A stretch of DNA of 63,740 nucleotides, filler included, from Hyphochytrium catenoides (taxonomy: Eukaryota; Protista; Hyphochytriomycota), in NCBI GenBank assembly GCA_900088475.1. It is 5 parts of 5 records of this genome, joined end to end, with 100 filler letters (N's around TTAATTAATTAA, not from the genome) between each part and the next. Parts side by side here need not be neighbours in the genome. Positions count along the whole stretch, not along the records: positions 1 to 27,737 come from FLMG01001712.1; positions 27,838 to 50,907 come from FLMG01002346.1; 3 more parts are not named here. One strand, written 5' to 3'. Below the pieces are notes generated by a model, which was not told the DNA's origin, did no database searches, and saw nothing but the letters and a program-made list of their open reading frames with translations. This document shows positions 25,519-38,224 of this stretch, in pieces. The position numbers and the translations under genes are program-made. How positions within the stretch are numbered: the first letter of the stretch is position 1; the number at the start of each line of letters is the position of its first letter.

Positions 25519-27336
25519 CTATTGCTGGGATGCATGCGCCGCCAGCAGCCGCTCCACGCCCTCATGACGCTTAACAAATCGCAGCCGCAGGTCTTTTGGT
25601 GGGTGAGTGATGCCTGGCGTCATCGCCATCAAGTCCACAGGCTGGCCGTCAGTCGCTGGAAGGATAGTATAGCAAGCCAAAAGACGGGAGATAGCGACGA
25701 AGATCTCCAGCACAGCCAGGTCTTTGCCCGGACAAATACGCCGACCGATGGAGAACTGGCGTGGCCCGGCCCCGCCGTCTAGAGCCGTGTTGAGCAGGCC
25801 ATCAGGCCCAACATAACGATCAAATCTGAACTGATCTGCGTCTTCGCCGTAAAGCGCTTTCTGCTGGTTCAGTCCCCAGAGGTCCATCATCACTAGTGAA
25901 CCCTTAGGAATGCGATATCCCTGGCACTCTTGCTCCTCTGCTGTCACATGAGGCACGCCGATGGGACCCACAGGGTGGTACCTCTGACACTCTCGAAGAG
26001 TTGACGCCAAGAGGACCAGGTTCGCCTCATCATCAGCTACTGGGAGCCTTTCTCTGCCGACTACGCGGTCCAACTCCTCATGCAGCTTGACCTGCACTTC
26101 TGGATGGTTTGCCAGAATAGCGCAGGCCCACTGTATGGCTGTGGACGTGGTGTCCACTCCCGCCAGGATGAGGACACTGCAGAAAGCTTTGAGCTCCATG
26201 TCTGTCCAGCCTTCAACCATCTGCGGGTTGGTCAAGATCTCACTTAGGAGACACTTGCGTGCTATTCCCTTCTCCACCTCCTTGCGCACATTATCCATCA
26301 TAATCTCAATGTACTTCTCTCCCTTCTCTCGGTTGCCCTGAGCCTTTCTGATCTGCTTGTTTGGCAGGTAACTGAGCAGGGGAATATAGTCAGGAAGGTT
26401 GCCTGACGGGTCCAGCAGGACGAAGAATTCGTCCACATACTGAAGATAGGCCGTCACTAGATCGTCCTCAGAGGTGAACACGTCATGGCCCTCCTGTGTT
26501 GGCTCTCCTACCTCGCGCTGGTTGCCTGAGGCTGTGAGGGCTGAGAGAGCTGACACACGATGGCCCATGACGACGTTGAGGATCATATTAAGTGAGAACA
26601 CCTTGGCCAGAGGCCCAACTTTGACAGGTGAAGCAGAGGCAGCAGCGGCAGTGGAAGCAGCGATAGACTTGATAAACTCCTTGGTCTCCATGTCGTAGGT
26701 CTCCTGGTGCGCCTTGAGCAGTGCTGATTTTGCTAGCGTGAGCGCCATGAGCTTCCTAGAGGTCTTCCAGCGCTCGTCTTGGATGTTCATAAAGAGCGGC
26801 ATGTGGTTATCAAAGCTAATAATCTTGCTGACCACGCTGTCCTGCATCCTGTCACTGTTTGTCATCCCGCGAGAGGCGTAAAGCTCCTTTAGAATCTCTG
26901 CAGAGCTCACAATGATCGCCGTCTTCTTGCCAAAGGCGACGCAGACGATGGGACCGTACTGCTCTCGCCACTTCGCGAAGGCGAACTGAGGGAAGTCGCC
27001 AAGCTCAAGAAGATTGCCCACCAGCGGCAGCGCTTTGGGTCCAGGAGGCGATGGCAACTGTCTGATCTTTGCCTTTGCAGGATCATCGCTCTCGACGCGA
27101 TGGTAGGAAGAGAGGAGAGAGCGGCCCGTGAGGAGGAGGATGGTCGCTGTGGCGGCGGCCGCTGTGGCGATGAGAAGCGTCTCTGGCGTCTGAGAATCTG
27201 TGGAGGAAGGGTTTGAGACGGAGCTGCTGCCCGCCGCCACCTCCTGCGCCATCATTTGCAGGAGAACTGCAGCCAGGAGAGGAAGAGAGGCCGCCAGAAG
27301 CAGCAGAGAAACGCGGCTGCGGGAGAGAGAGATCAT
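25519..27336 (-). CDS. Cytochrome P450, intronless (~605 aa from first ATG)
   Basis: Single ORF with N-terminal hydrophobic anchor(s), PPGPKALP hinge, I-helix AGVDTT, ExxR (ECQR), FRFDRY and heme motif FSIGRRICPG. Confidence 0.95.
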   Translation of the reverse strand: MISLSRSRVSLLLLAASLPLLAAVLLQMMAQEVAAGSSSVSNPSSTDSQTPETLLIATAAAATATILLLTGRSLLSSYHRVESDDPAKAKIRQLPSPPGPKALPLVGNLLELGDFPQFAFAKWREQYGPIVCVAFGKKTAIIVSSAEILKELYASRGMTNSDRMQDSVVSKIISFDNHMPLFMNIQDERWKTSRKLMALTLAKSALLKAHQETYDMETKEFIKSIAASTAAAASASPVKVGPLAKVFSLNMILNVVMGHRVSALSALTASGNQREVGEPTQEGHDVFTSEDDLVTAYLQYVDEFFVLLDPSGNLPDYIPLLSYLPNKQIRKAQGNREKGEKYIEIMMDNVRKEVEKGIARKCLLSEILTNPQMVEGWTDMELKAFCSVLILAGVDTTSTAIQWACAILANHPEVQVKLHEELDRVVGRERLPVADDEANLVLLASTLRECQRYHPVGPIGVPHVTAEEQECQGYRIPKGSLVMMDLWGLNQQKALYGEDADQFRFDRYVGPDGLLNTALDGGAGPRQFSIGRRICPGKDLAVLEIFVAISRLLACYTILPATDGQPVDLMAMTPGITHPPKDLRLRFVKRHEGVERLLAAHASQQ

Positions 27337-27737
27337 TCTTCCTTTCTTAGGAGTGTTGAGGAGCGGCACAAGGCTTTTCTTCTAGGCAGCCAGAGTTAAG
27401 CTTCTCCTCCTCTTCCCTTTTCTTTTCTATGCCAAGAGCAGAGGCGCTACACGTTCAGCCGCGATGGGAAGAAGTGGAATGAGAAGTTATTCTGAGGGAG
27501 AGAAGGGAGTCAACGGACGAGCAGCAGCGACTGAGGAAAGAGAAGAGAGGGAGACAAACAGAGAGAGAGAGAGAGAGATGAGAGGAAGAACTTCCTGCAG
27601 CACAGGCTGGGTCAGGCAGAAGAGTGACCTGACCAAGTTGGAGATCCATCTTTCTCGTCCAAAAATAGGACAACGATTCGCGAAAGGCCAAACTCATCCT
27701 CCTTCCTCTCTCTCCTCTCTCTGTCTCTCTCTCTCTC

Positions 27738-27837
27738 NNNNNNNNNNNNNNNNNNNNNNNNNNNNNNNNNNNNNNNNNNNNTTAATTAATTAANNNNNNN
27801 NNNNNNNNNNNNNNNNNNNNNNNNNNNNNNNNNNNNN
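27738..27837. other. Artificial contig spacer (N-run, TTAATTAATTAA, N-run)
   Basis: 100 nt with stops in all six frames; the same design occurs four times. Confidence 0.95.
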
Positions 27838-27882
27838 GGGAGTTTGATACCGACCACCTTGCCAGTCCTCTCTGAATAATAA

Positions 27883-29798
27883 TTAGTTAGCTCTTCGCTT
27901 CAGATGGAGAGACAGCTCTAGCTTATCTATTCCTCCAAACTTCGTCAATACCGACAGGAAGAACACGGCGAATAGTAAATAGTACCGAGCGACGGAATAA
28001 TTGAACAGAGCAAAAAACACCAGCAGCCCATAGAAGGACCAGAAAAAGACCGCTGGCATGTACTCCGAGGCTGGAAGCTTTCCATATACTTCTGTCACTG
28101 ACTCCTCGAACACCGGCGCTATCCCCTTATAGAACTTCTCCAGGCGCTTCTCCTTTTCTTGGAACCTATCTTGCAGCCATTCTCCCAAGCCCTCTTCCGT
28201 GAGAGGCAGATCAGAAACCCCATACCGCTTTATAAAGATGTTGACACCGCGAGGTGCTCTGCCGTTGAGAAGGGAAAGCTCTGAGGGCCGCTCCCCCCTC
28301 ACATAGTCCGCATATCCTAAGGTTATATCATAGACAGCGTCCACAGAGTTCCGGAGTAGAGAGAAGGTCTGGACCCACCCCTTCAGCTTGGGGTGTAGCA
28401 CGTAGTTATAACGCTCTTTGCCTTGCTGCTCTGCATACTCGTGGCTCTTGACAATGTTGGACTCGCTGAGATCTGTCCCCTCAGGGAAAAGGAGCAGCGC
28501 GATAGGCTCGCCATTGAGAACGAAGTAGGATATTTTGTTGAAAATCTCATTTCTGTCCTTTTCAGCATTTCTATCCTGTTGTTGAGTCCGAAGTAAGGAG
28601 GACGCACGGCATTGTAAGGCAAACATTGACTCGAAGGATGGTAGAGGTACTAGAAAGAGAGAGAGGAGATAGGGAAAACCAAAATTACACATCTTTGCCT
28701 CTTGTTCAAAGGAGGAAAAGAAGATAGATAACTTAAAGGAGAATGTCACCAAAGAGGGCACATATGGCTGAAGTGCGTCGAGATCAGCACAGAATAGGCC
28801 GAATCACCGTAGCAGACAACGCAGGAAGGAAAGTGTAACTTCCGAAGAGGTCTAACCAAGAAGATAAACATGAAGAACTGCATAGCCCATCCGAAGCCTG
28901 GAACAGCTTTTAGTCCGCTCTTAAGAATAATCTTTAGTGCATCAAGGCATCCCAAGCGCAGGCACAGGCTCCAAATGAACATCCAATCGATACGAGTACG
29001 ATGGTTAGAGACCAAAAAGACCCGCTCTCCAAGAGGAAGGTGGTCGCCAGAGAGTAGTATCTTGACCCCGAGTACTTTCTCTGGAGGGTGACGTTAGTCA
29101 GTGAACCTCCAAAACAAGAAGATCGAACCAGAGGCATTACCTATCATAAATGAGGCAAAGGCAAACCACTGGGCAGCCCTAATAGAGAGAGCCAGAGATG
29201 TGCCATTCAAGGAGGAAGAGAGGGGGTATCAGAAAACATCAGGGGTAGGTAAGCTATCTTGTAGGTGGATAACGAGTGAGACGACTAGTAGGGGCCTACA
29301 TTAACAGGTGTCTGATGAGGACGACGAACATCGACAGACAGTGATTAAAGAGAGCAGGCTAAGAGAGATAAAGCGTCAGGCAGAGGGCAGCGTGCACGTA
29401 GAAATGGCACACGCTAGACCATCGCCTATTACCGGAGTAACAAAGGAGAGAGCCGCAGAAGAGCAGGGAAAGGGCGCCTAGGTGGCAGAGAAGGGATCTT
29501 ACACGAAGCTTGACCATATCCGAAAGACCTGTCGGGAGAATGGAAGAATAACTAGTGCAGGCAGAAGGAGGAAGCAGGAGCCTACCAAGGAAGTGTAGAA
29601 AAGACTGAGGTAGAAAAGTGCGCCCTTCCAAGTAACACTGTTTATGACAGTGGGAGGAGGCTTGAAGCCAGGAGGTGCAGCAGGACTAGAGGATGCTGCG
29701 GGACTTCTCTTAGCATTTGGAGAGCTATGAGGAGGAGAAGCGGAACTATTGTGCTTTCCCCTTGGCGTTGATCTTTGGCCACCTTTAGTGCCAGCCAT
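27883..29798 (-). CDS. LCLAT1: Lysocardiolipin/1-acylglycerol-3-phosphate acyltransferase; 4 exons
   Basis: NHRTRIDW (motif I), GWAMQFFMFIFL, FPEGTDL (motif III), VLHPK, DAVYDITLGY. Confidence 0.88.
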
Positions 29799-30624
29799 GG
29801 CTAGGTATAAATTTGAAGGCTGGCGGTCAGGTCACACAGCTTTAACTTAGTACGAGCTGGGAGAGGAGACAAGACCGTGGGAGACTCTGTCGGAGCCGTG
29901 GCAGTGCCAAGGATGAAGCTCCAACCAGAGATTTCAAGGCAAGAGCTTTGGCCCACGAAGTCTCTCTCTACCTTGTAATGACTCTTTGGCGTTTGCTGTG
30001 CTAGTAATCGGACCACCTGGTAGATCGGGCTAATAAAGAAGGTGGACAGCAATCCTTGTCAGGAGCTGACAGGAGATACAAAGAGATATATTGATCCAGT
30101 AAAAGAGGATTGAGGGGGATAGAGATATACTAAGTAGGCAGAAAGACAGAGTCAAGAGCGAGTGCGAGTAATAACCCATTCTACTCTCCAGGAGGAGGAC
30201 TCGACACAAACACTATGTTAGGAATAGGATGGACATTGATGGACGTTAAAGGCTAATAACGCATGTAGCTATTCTGAATAGGGCGGGGTCTTTGTTCGTC
30301 CTTGCCATTCGCCATCTCCATCATCAGAACCAAAAGGACAGCTAGTAACAGGATTCTATAGATTCGAAGGGACAAAGAACAAAGCTCTTCAGCTCTGCTC
30401 TCGTGTCCTGTTCCGCTTTTTTGTCCTACTTCTCCCACACTCGCTCTCATGGGAAGACTGTCCTTCTGCATGGAGACGGTCGTCTCTATCGCTCCTGGCT
30501 GCCACTGTTCGGTTCACTCACTACGTAAGAAGCATTACGGAGCTCTCTGGCTGTTGCCTGTAGGCTTGAGAAAAGGTCCTTTACAAGGGCTGCAGCTAAA
30601 AGCGTTTGTCTCTCCTTTATTCCA

Positions 30625-32009
30625 ATGTCAGCCCAGGAGGTGGTTATCAGCTTTCATGAAGCTCAGTTGTACAAGTCAGACTTGGATCTCTTCCCAAATA
30701 ATGACTGGCTAAATGACAATGCTATCCACTTTTATCTCGCGTAAGTGGTACTGCGGACAAGAATGGAGACTAGGATAGTCTATGTATGCTGTTGAGAGTT
30801 TCTAGCAGTAGGGTACCGTCGTCTAGCACCAGGAGCTTCATAATACTCTTCCTTGGCTGTTTCCCCTAACCTGGTCGTAACAGGTACCTGCACTATAAGA
30901 AGTTGGAGGGATATCCTGCGGCTCGAAGTGTCATCATGATGGACCCAGCTATTGTTTCGTTCATGATGCTTCAGTGTACAGGTAGCTTCCTCAAGCTGGC
31001 TTTTCGCGATCTTCCCTCAGAGCCCCGTTCTACTTCTTAGTGTGCGGGATGCCCAATCTACCTGATTGCATAATTACTTACCCTCCGTGCTCGTTATCCC
31101 CGTCTCAGATGAGGCCGAGGAGTTAGAATTTCTAAAGAGCTTGGATCTAGACTCGCGGAAGTCCCCAGTGTTGTTTCTACCCATCACTGACAATACGGGG
31201 TTTAATGCATCCTCACATCACTGGTATGCGGCAGTCTTCGTCAGCTCGTCGATACCAATGCTTATCTGCGTGCACACAGGGTCCCTCTTTCTTGCTCTCA
31301 TGTCCGCCTCCCATTCTGGTCTCGGTGTGTCCTTATCATTCTCAAACTTATATCGGTCCACAGTCTTAATCATCCACTCTCTCACGTCTTGCGCTTGTTC
31401 CTTCCTTCATAATGGCTACGCTGGCCAAACGCTGTTGTCTTCTCTAATGCTCTCCGACCTATCCAGGTCGTTAGTAGTGTTTCGTGTGGATGATTGCTCA
31501 GCACACCACTACGACTCCAGTAGACCCTTTAACTCTGCTCGGGCCGTGGAAGTATCAGAAAGGCTCTACAGACTGCTACAAAGGAGGACGCCAAATTTGC
31601 CGAAGTGTAAGTAGGCCGTTGTGTTTATCACCTCACCTTGTCCTTCTTGCTCCTTTCCATCTACCTTCTCCAACAGTCCCGTAAGTTTCACTTTCCAAAT
31701 GTTATCAGCAAGTCCATGCTAGGTTTGGTGGCAGTTAAAAAGTATGGCTGCGTCACTGACGCCTTCCTTGCAGTGTCCTTCACGGAAGAGAACTGCCCGC
31801 AGCAGAAAAACGGCTATGACTGCGGCATGCACGTACTACTCACGATTCAGTATTTTGTCGAAGCGTATCTTGAGAGGCAAAATGGCCAGGACCCTGAAGC
31901 CTGCCCTACACTTGAGGACTATGTGACAGAGGATAGGTTAGCCAGGATCCGTCAACAAGTGCCGCTGCTCGTGGACCAGCTGCTGAAAGAACAACAGAAC
32001 GGCCAGTAA
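30625..32009 (+). CDS. SENP8: NEDD8-specific protease (Ulp1/C48 family); multi-exon
   Basis: MSAQEVVISFHEAQLYKSDL..WLNDNAIHFY; catalytic HW, HYDS and CPQQKNGYDCG; short protein consisting only of the catalytic domain. Confidence 0.85.
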
Positions 32010-32624
32010 CGGGATGGGTACCTAGGTCAGCAGTTCACTTGTAACATACTCAAATAAGGGCAAGAATAAACCTTGACTTTCTTTTGTCACGGTTACTGCG
32101 ATATCAAACTAGGACGAGATAGAAGATAACTCCCGTCGTCTAGCAGTTGTTGATAGTTGAGAAGGCGGGTAGCCGAGCCAATCCTATTCTGCGATGCAGG
32201 GATGTGATGGCCCTGAGATGCTTTTTTGCACAGACAGCGCTAAGCTTGCTCCAAATGCGATTTGGCGGATGCGGAGAGCTGCAGATTCGTCCTTCTAGTC
32301 CTCGCCTCTAGCTTCATGAGACGATAGAAAGATGTATCTCTCTTCCTTGCTCACCACGAGAGAGGAGGCGGTGGCGAAAGGGAACTCGTGTGTAAAACGG
32401 TTGTTGAGTTCTGAGACAAAGATCTTCAACAAGATTCTAAATCGAAACGGTACTATACCTGAGAATAGTTTGACTGATTCAGTATATCGTTTATCACGTT
32501 GGGTTCGACGTGGATTCTGATGGTGAGGGCGTGAAAAACCATCAATCCAAGTGTGAGAAGAGGCTTGCTGTTGAAGAGCAACGAGGAGGAAAGCAGAGAG
32601 AGAGAATGGGGACGCGGAGAGGGG

Positions 32625-32656
<32 letters not shown>

Positions 32657-32847
32657 AGAAGAGAGAGAGAGAAAGAGAGTGAGAGAAGAGAAGAGGACAG
32701 AGAGAAAACAAGAGAACACGGGGAGATCTCTTCGGGTTGGATGTGGTCAGACTCCAACTTGCCACCAACATCGGAAGCGGTCTGCCTGGTTTCGATCACT
32801 GAATAGAGGTTTCAAGCTCCTACCATCCCATCTCGTCGAAAGAGAAC

Positions 32848-35648
32848 ATGAGCTCGATGAAGAGGCTGAGTGTCCTGAGCGGACAGCTCAGCAGTGGGAA
32901 CGCGGTAGTGCCAGAAGTGAGTGCACCAACATGGACCCTCACTTTTCACCTGTCAACCTTCTCGCTATTTCTTTGCTCTGCCCTTCTTCATGAATTCTCG
33001 TCACAACCACTTGGCTCTAAAATATTTCTCTCTCCTTGTCTAGGCGGTTCAAATTTCTCAACAAAAGACCTCAACCGGGCGCTCTCCAAGTCCTGACGAC
33101 GTCGTAATTGTTTGCGCGTTGCGGACAGCAATCGGAAAGGCCAAACGTGGAAGCTTTAAAGACACCACTCCTGACGTCCTGCTCGCTGCGGTGAGTCTAC
33201 GCATTTCTCTCGCTTTCTAGCCTTGCCTTTTGCTTGGTCCCTTTATGCTCTACCCTACATTGTAGTCCAGTTTTAAGTTTACAAATGCCTTAGGTACTGC
33301 GAGGTATCCTTGAAAAGACGAGGATCGACCCAAAGCTTATTGGCGACATAGTCGTAGGTAGGTACAGGAGTGCTACTTTTGCAGTGAGGGAGGCCCAACA
33401 ATGGAAATGAACGACAGACAGAGAGTATCGTGGATTGTTAGTGAGGGATTGAGTTTGATCTATTACAAAGGTGGAAGCTGGGAGAACTCACTGTGGGTTG
33501 GGTACCCTAACAGATAACAGAGATGGTGGTCAACGAAGTCTTGGAACTGTGGGCCCTCAACAGCTGCTCACTTTCGCCTCCTCGCTCGACCTTGGCAGGG
33601 AACGTGTTACAAGCCGGAGCAGGCGCTGCTTCAGGCCGTATGGCCCAGTTGGTGGCTGGTATTCCCCACACGGTGCCCCTCTCGGTAGTTAACCGCCAGT
33701 GTAGTTCGGGGCTTCAGGCAGTGGCGAATGTTGCGGCTGCTATTCAGGCTGGTAAAGCGTTTATGCTTCTCTTCACGAACTCCTTCCTTTCCTGTTTGAT
33801 TGGCAATTCTCCAAGAAGACAGGGCACCTGGTTCTAACCTAACCTGCGTGTTCTCTAAGCAGGGCATACCTTTCTTCTTGCTATGCCGCAATGATATGTT
33901 CGTCGTCCCCTTACCTACTCTACTGCTACTCATTTCAGCTTCTAAGCGCCATCAAACTTTTGTGCACACCCAGGGCACATTGAAATTGGTATCGGAGCTG
34001 GAGTGGAAGTCATGTCCTTGGCGACCCAGGACCCGCCTGCTGTAGATTGGGAGAAGGTAACTCTTGGACATGCACGCCTCTTCGTTTGATAGCTGCTAGT
34101 TCAGAGACGTAGTCGAAGGCGCATCCGCATGTGGACACGGTGATATATGACTGACTCGCTCTCTCAGGTCTTAGCAAACAAAGAAGCTAAAGACTGTACT
34201 ATTCCTATGGGCATCACAAGCGAGAACGTGGCCAAGGAGTTCGGCGTCACGAGAGAGGAGCAGGTGAGCGAAGAAGAGGTTTTAAAGAAAGAGAAGAAGA
34301 CTGTAAAAGCTCTAAATCTCTTATGTGATGGAGTGCTTTGAGGACGTCTGCTCTTTTTGCACTCCGACCTGTCAAGCATACTTTCCTCATGGTATTATCT
34401 GACTACTTGCTCCTCTTTACAGGATCGGCTTGCACTTCGCTCTCATCAAAAAGCCGCGCAAGCTCAGGCGAGCGGCCGCTTCAAGGAGGAAATTTTGCCA
34501 GTAAAGGTGAAAATCACGGACAAGGATGGTACAGAGAAGGAGATTGTCGTAGACAAGGTGAGCTATTACCCTTTCCGCGGCGGCTCCGATAGGGGGACAG
34601 AAACGGCAGGCGCCAGGAGCGGTTAGGGCGTGAGGTTGCGAAGTAACACAGGGGTTGAAGAACATATCCTCATGCATGCCATCTCTTCGCAGGATGATGG
34701 CGTCCGGGCCGACACTACCTTGGAGGGGCTTTTGCGTCTGAAGCCAGCCTTTCAAAAAGGCGGAACCACAACTGCAGGCAATTCAAGCCAAGTATCTGAT
34801 GGAGCGGCAGCCGTCCTTCTTATGTCCAGAAGAGCGGCGGACAGGCTCGGACTCAAACCCCAAGCCATTTTCAGATCATTCGCGGTAGGGATCAAGGACT
34901 TGGAGCGGGGGTCGCATAACTCTCATTCCATATCAGTGTGCGCATCCTGCAACTGTCAGAAGGGCGGGGCGTTGCTCTTCCTCTGTAATGCACTCGTTAC
35001 ACTATTTCCTGCTACATCTCCATTTTCAACTGTCTGGCCGTTTTTTCAAGCCTACTAACATCGGTGCTTGACGCCACTGTCTCCTGTAGGTCACAGGCGT
35101 GCCACCAGCCATTATGGGCATCGGTAAGACTGGGGAATTATAATGCATTATATGGCGTCACCAATCTCAACCTTCTCCCGGCTATCCTTGTCCTCTGCTT
35201 TTGTTGATCAGGGCCCAAGTACGCTATACCAGCTGCTGTCTCCAAGGCGGGGTTGGAGCTGAGCGACATCGATATCTATGAGATTAACGAGGCGTTTGCA
35301 AGTCAAGTAAGACTAGGACCCATTCCTATGTATCGTAATGTTCATACGGACTCAGTGTCTACCCATCTGCAGGCTGCTTACTGCGTGAAGGAGCTCGGCA
35401 TTCCGCTTGATAAGCTGAATCCCAATGGTATCTACACATCCTTGCCCCATTATTATGGACTCATTGCATTGTANNNNNNNNNNNNNNNNNNNNNNNNTGC
35501 CCTAGGTCACCCACTCGGAATGACGGGCGCACGGCAAATTGCGACGCTTCTTCCTGAGATGAAGAGACAGAATGCTCGTTATGGAGTTGTATCTATGTGC
35601 ATCGGTACTGGCATGGGTGCCGCCGCAGTCTTTGAGAAAGCCGACTAA
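32848..35648 (+). CDS. ACAA1: Peroxisomal 3-ketoacyl-CoA thiolase; multi-exon, small N gap at 35474-35497
   Basis: PTS2 RLSVLSGQL; [48 protein letters not shown]. Confidence 0.93.
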
Positions 35649-35932
35649 GCTGATATTGAGATTAGAGCAGATAATCTTCTTTATGATTGTTCCCTCAGCT
35701 AGAGAGACGCTGCTTACATTAGCAAATAAATAACCATTCGCCGTCACGCGTTCATTTGCTAAGACGTGACGACGCAAAGGAAGGGGTTACAAGCTGCAGA
35801 CAAGGCTCAAGTGCTATCCTCCAAACCCGCTCCAGGACAGTGCTCATGTCTCCGGGTGCTGAGGAGTGTCCGCGGTGTAGATATACTCAGAGCCTACACT
35901 CTCTTAACCTTTGCACTGTCCGGAGGTCTTCA

Positions 35933-37266
35933 CTAGGTCAATCCACCCAACTTTTCAACCATGAAGCGCTTGCTGAACTCTCCCTGGGTAATGACACAGG
36001 TGAAATCAGTGTCCCTCCCAAGTACCGCCCTCTGGAGCCGATGAGAGTCATAGTGGGGGTTCCTCTCTCTCTCCCTTCTCACTTTCTCCTTGAGCTCCAA
36101 CAGGAAATTGAGTCGATCGCTAAGAACTCTTTTACCGTCCGTGACAACGCCCTTGTGGCCACATAAGACAGTATCGAAATCAAAGGAAAGAGCCCTTCTT
36201 AAACTCTCAATTTCCTGGTTCGGATCCTGATCGAATCGGCAAAGAACTGGGAAGCGGCTGACGTACAGATCTCCGGCCACTAGGCAGCCCCTCTCGGGAA
36301 GAAGTAGGGAGAAGTGATCTGGGCAGTGTCCAGGTGTTGGAATAGGAACGAGCGGTTCTCCGGTGGAAAGAATGATCTGCGGAGAATATAGGAGGTAGTC
36401 ACAATGCAGAGAAAGGGAGAGTTAGACCTTGCGAATGACCAACGACTGGTTGTTTATGATCATCAGGCATCTCTTCAGACCGTTCGTGACACACCGGAGT
36501 GAAGGGTGTGCCCTGAGAAGTTATCCACAAGCAGGTCCAGAGGACAAAGACTGCGCTAAGAGAGACAGAGCGAGCAAGAAGCATGGCGGATGCCTCGAAA
36601 CCCTCGCGAAAGTGGGAGAGTAGGGCTGATGGAGAAGATGCAACTTAGAAGTCCTGTTCAACGTTTTCTTACTTGCTCAGGGAACTGCGTCACTTCCACT
36701 TGAGGGGGCCTACCGAAGAAGATGTGCCTGTAAAGGCGCATGGAATAACCACCAGACAAGGGCAGGACCGCTTGTCTCGAGCTGTACACCGAGACACCCA
36801 GAGCTTCCTGCAGGTAGAAGGCGTTCCCACTGTGATCCTCATGGTGATGGGTTACGTAGACAGCGCGAACGTTATGTTTTTTTGCGTAAGGGACCACAGA
36901 GCGCCTCTGATTTGGGGAGCCTAACAACAGATTGAGATATCATTAAGAGGCAACCGTGGCGTAGCACAGGATCCGAGTGCTAAGGTCTTTGAAGGAGGAC
37001 GGAGATGGACTTAAGCAAGAGTAAGAAAGTAGGAGAGACAACGTGGAAAGTGAGAGGGGAAGAGGAGCGGGCAAAGAAAGAAAGAGAGAGAGAGAGAGAG
37101 CAGGTGCAACGCTTCCGATTGGTGCACGAGAAAACGGCTCCTTACCGCAATCAAGCAGAGTATCCCCTATTCTATAAAACCAGGAAGCGGTGTTAATGAA
37201 GAAAGGGAACCGCCCGCAGCGGACACCCTCAATGCCTCTAAAAGTAGTGGTTCCTACGATTGGCAT
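35933..37266 (-). CDS. Metallo-beta-lactamase-fold hydrolase; 3 exons
   Basis: LLDC|G, THHHEDHSG (HxHxDH), TPGHCPDH, AGDL, CGH. Confidence 0.88.
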
Positions 37267-38224
37267 CGTGATAGAACTGCTGCTGCTCGGGCGCCCTATC
37301 TGAGGTCATGTCAAGAATGGACAATCATGGTCTGGCGCAGAAGTGAGCCTCTGTGGCTGTCGCCACCATTTCCTCTCACGTTGTCTTCTCGCGTCTCAAA
37401 CAGCAGCACGTGAGAATAGCCGCTTGTCTGCCACGGCCGGCGTGGCGCTGCTCGACCTGTCTCCTTCCTGTCATCGTCAAACAGATCAGCTAGGTCTCAT
37501 CATCTCTGTCCCTTCCGCCTTCCCACCTCTCCTTTCCCATCTCTTTCTCTCTCCTGCGCTCTCCCTCACTCTGTCTCTTCTCTATCAACGCTCACTAATC
37601 TCCCTTCCCTCTTCCTTCACTCGCCTCGAGATCTCTCTCTGTTAGTCTGTCTCTCAATTCCCTGCCTTCTCTCTCTCCATCTCCCTATTCCCTTGCTCTC
37701 TCTGTCTCTCACCCTCTCTGTATGGGTGAGACGGGAACAGAGATGCGACCCCTCACACAAATGCTGATGGTCCCAAACGACACGACAGTCCAGGTATTAC
37801 TATGACAACTAGCCCTCTTTATTATATCTACACCCCAGAGGCTATTACTACACTATTTCTCGCCATCACGTGTCGTGGTGCCGACGTGAATAAACCATAG
37901 CCGTTAGCCCCTAGAAGCGGTTGACGGCTATGGGGTTTGTAACGGTCTTCAAATAAGGATAGTGACGCTAGCGGCTATTTGGCGGCGGAGCAGATGATGG
38001 GGCGAAGAGGAAAACAGGAGATTGAGGTCCAGAGACTTCGCCATGGCAATTCTGAAGCTTTGTCATCCTGCTTCTTGGCATTGGCTTCTCTTTCTCTTTC
38101 CTTTGTACGGTAGCACTCGTGTAAGGTTAAGTTATAAGGGATGGGGCATGTAGGCAAAGCTGCGTTGTCTGCATAAGGCTTTCGGATGAGTCTTCAGGGC
38201 TGTTAGGTCCAGCCTTCGCCCCCG

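Noticed and set aside
27782-27793. Recurrent palindrome TTAATTAATTAA
   Set aside because: Always centred in a 100-nt N-run; this is an assembly linker, not biology.
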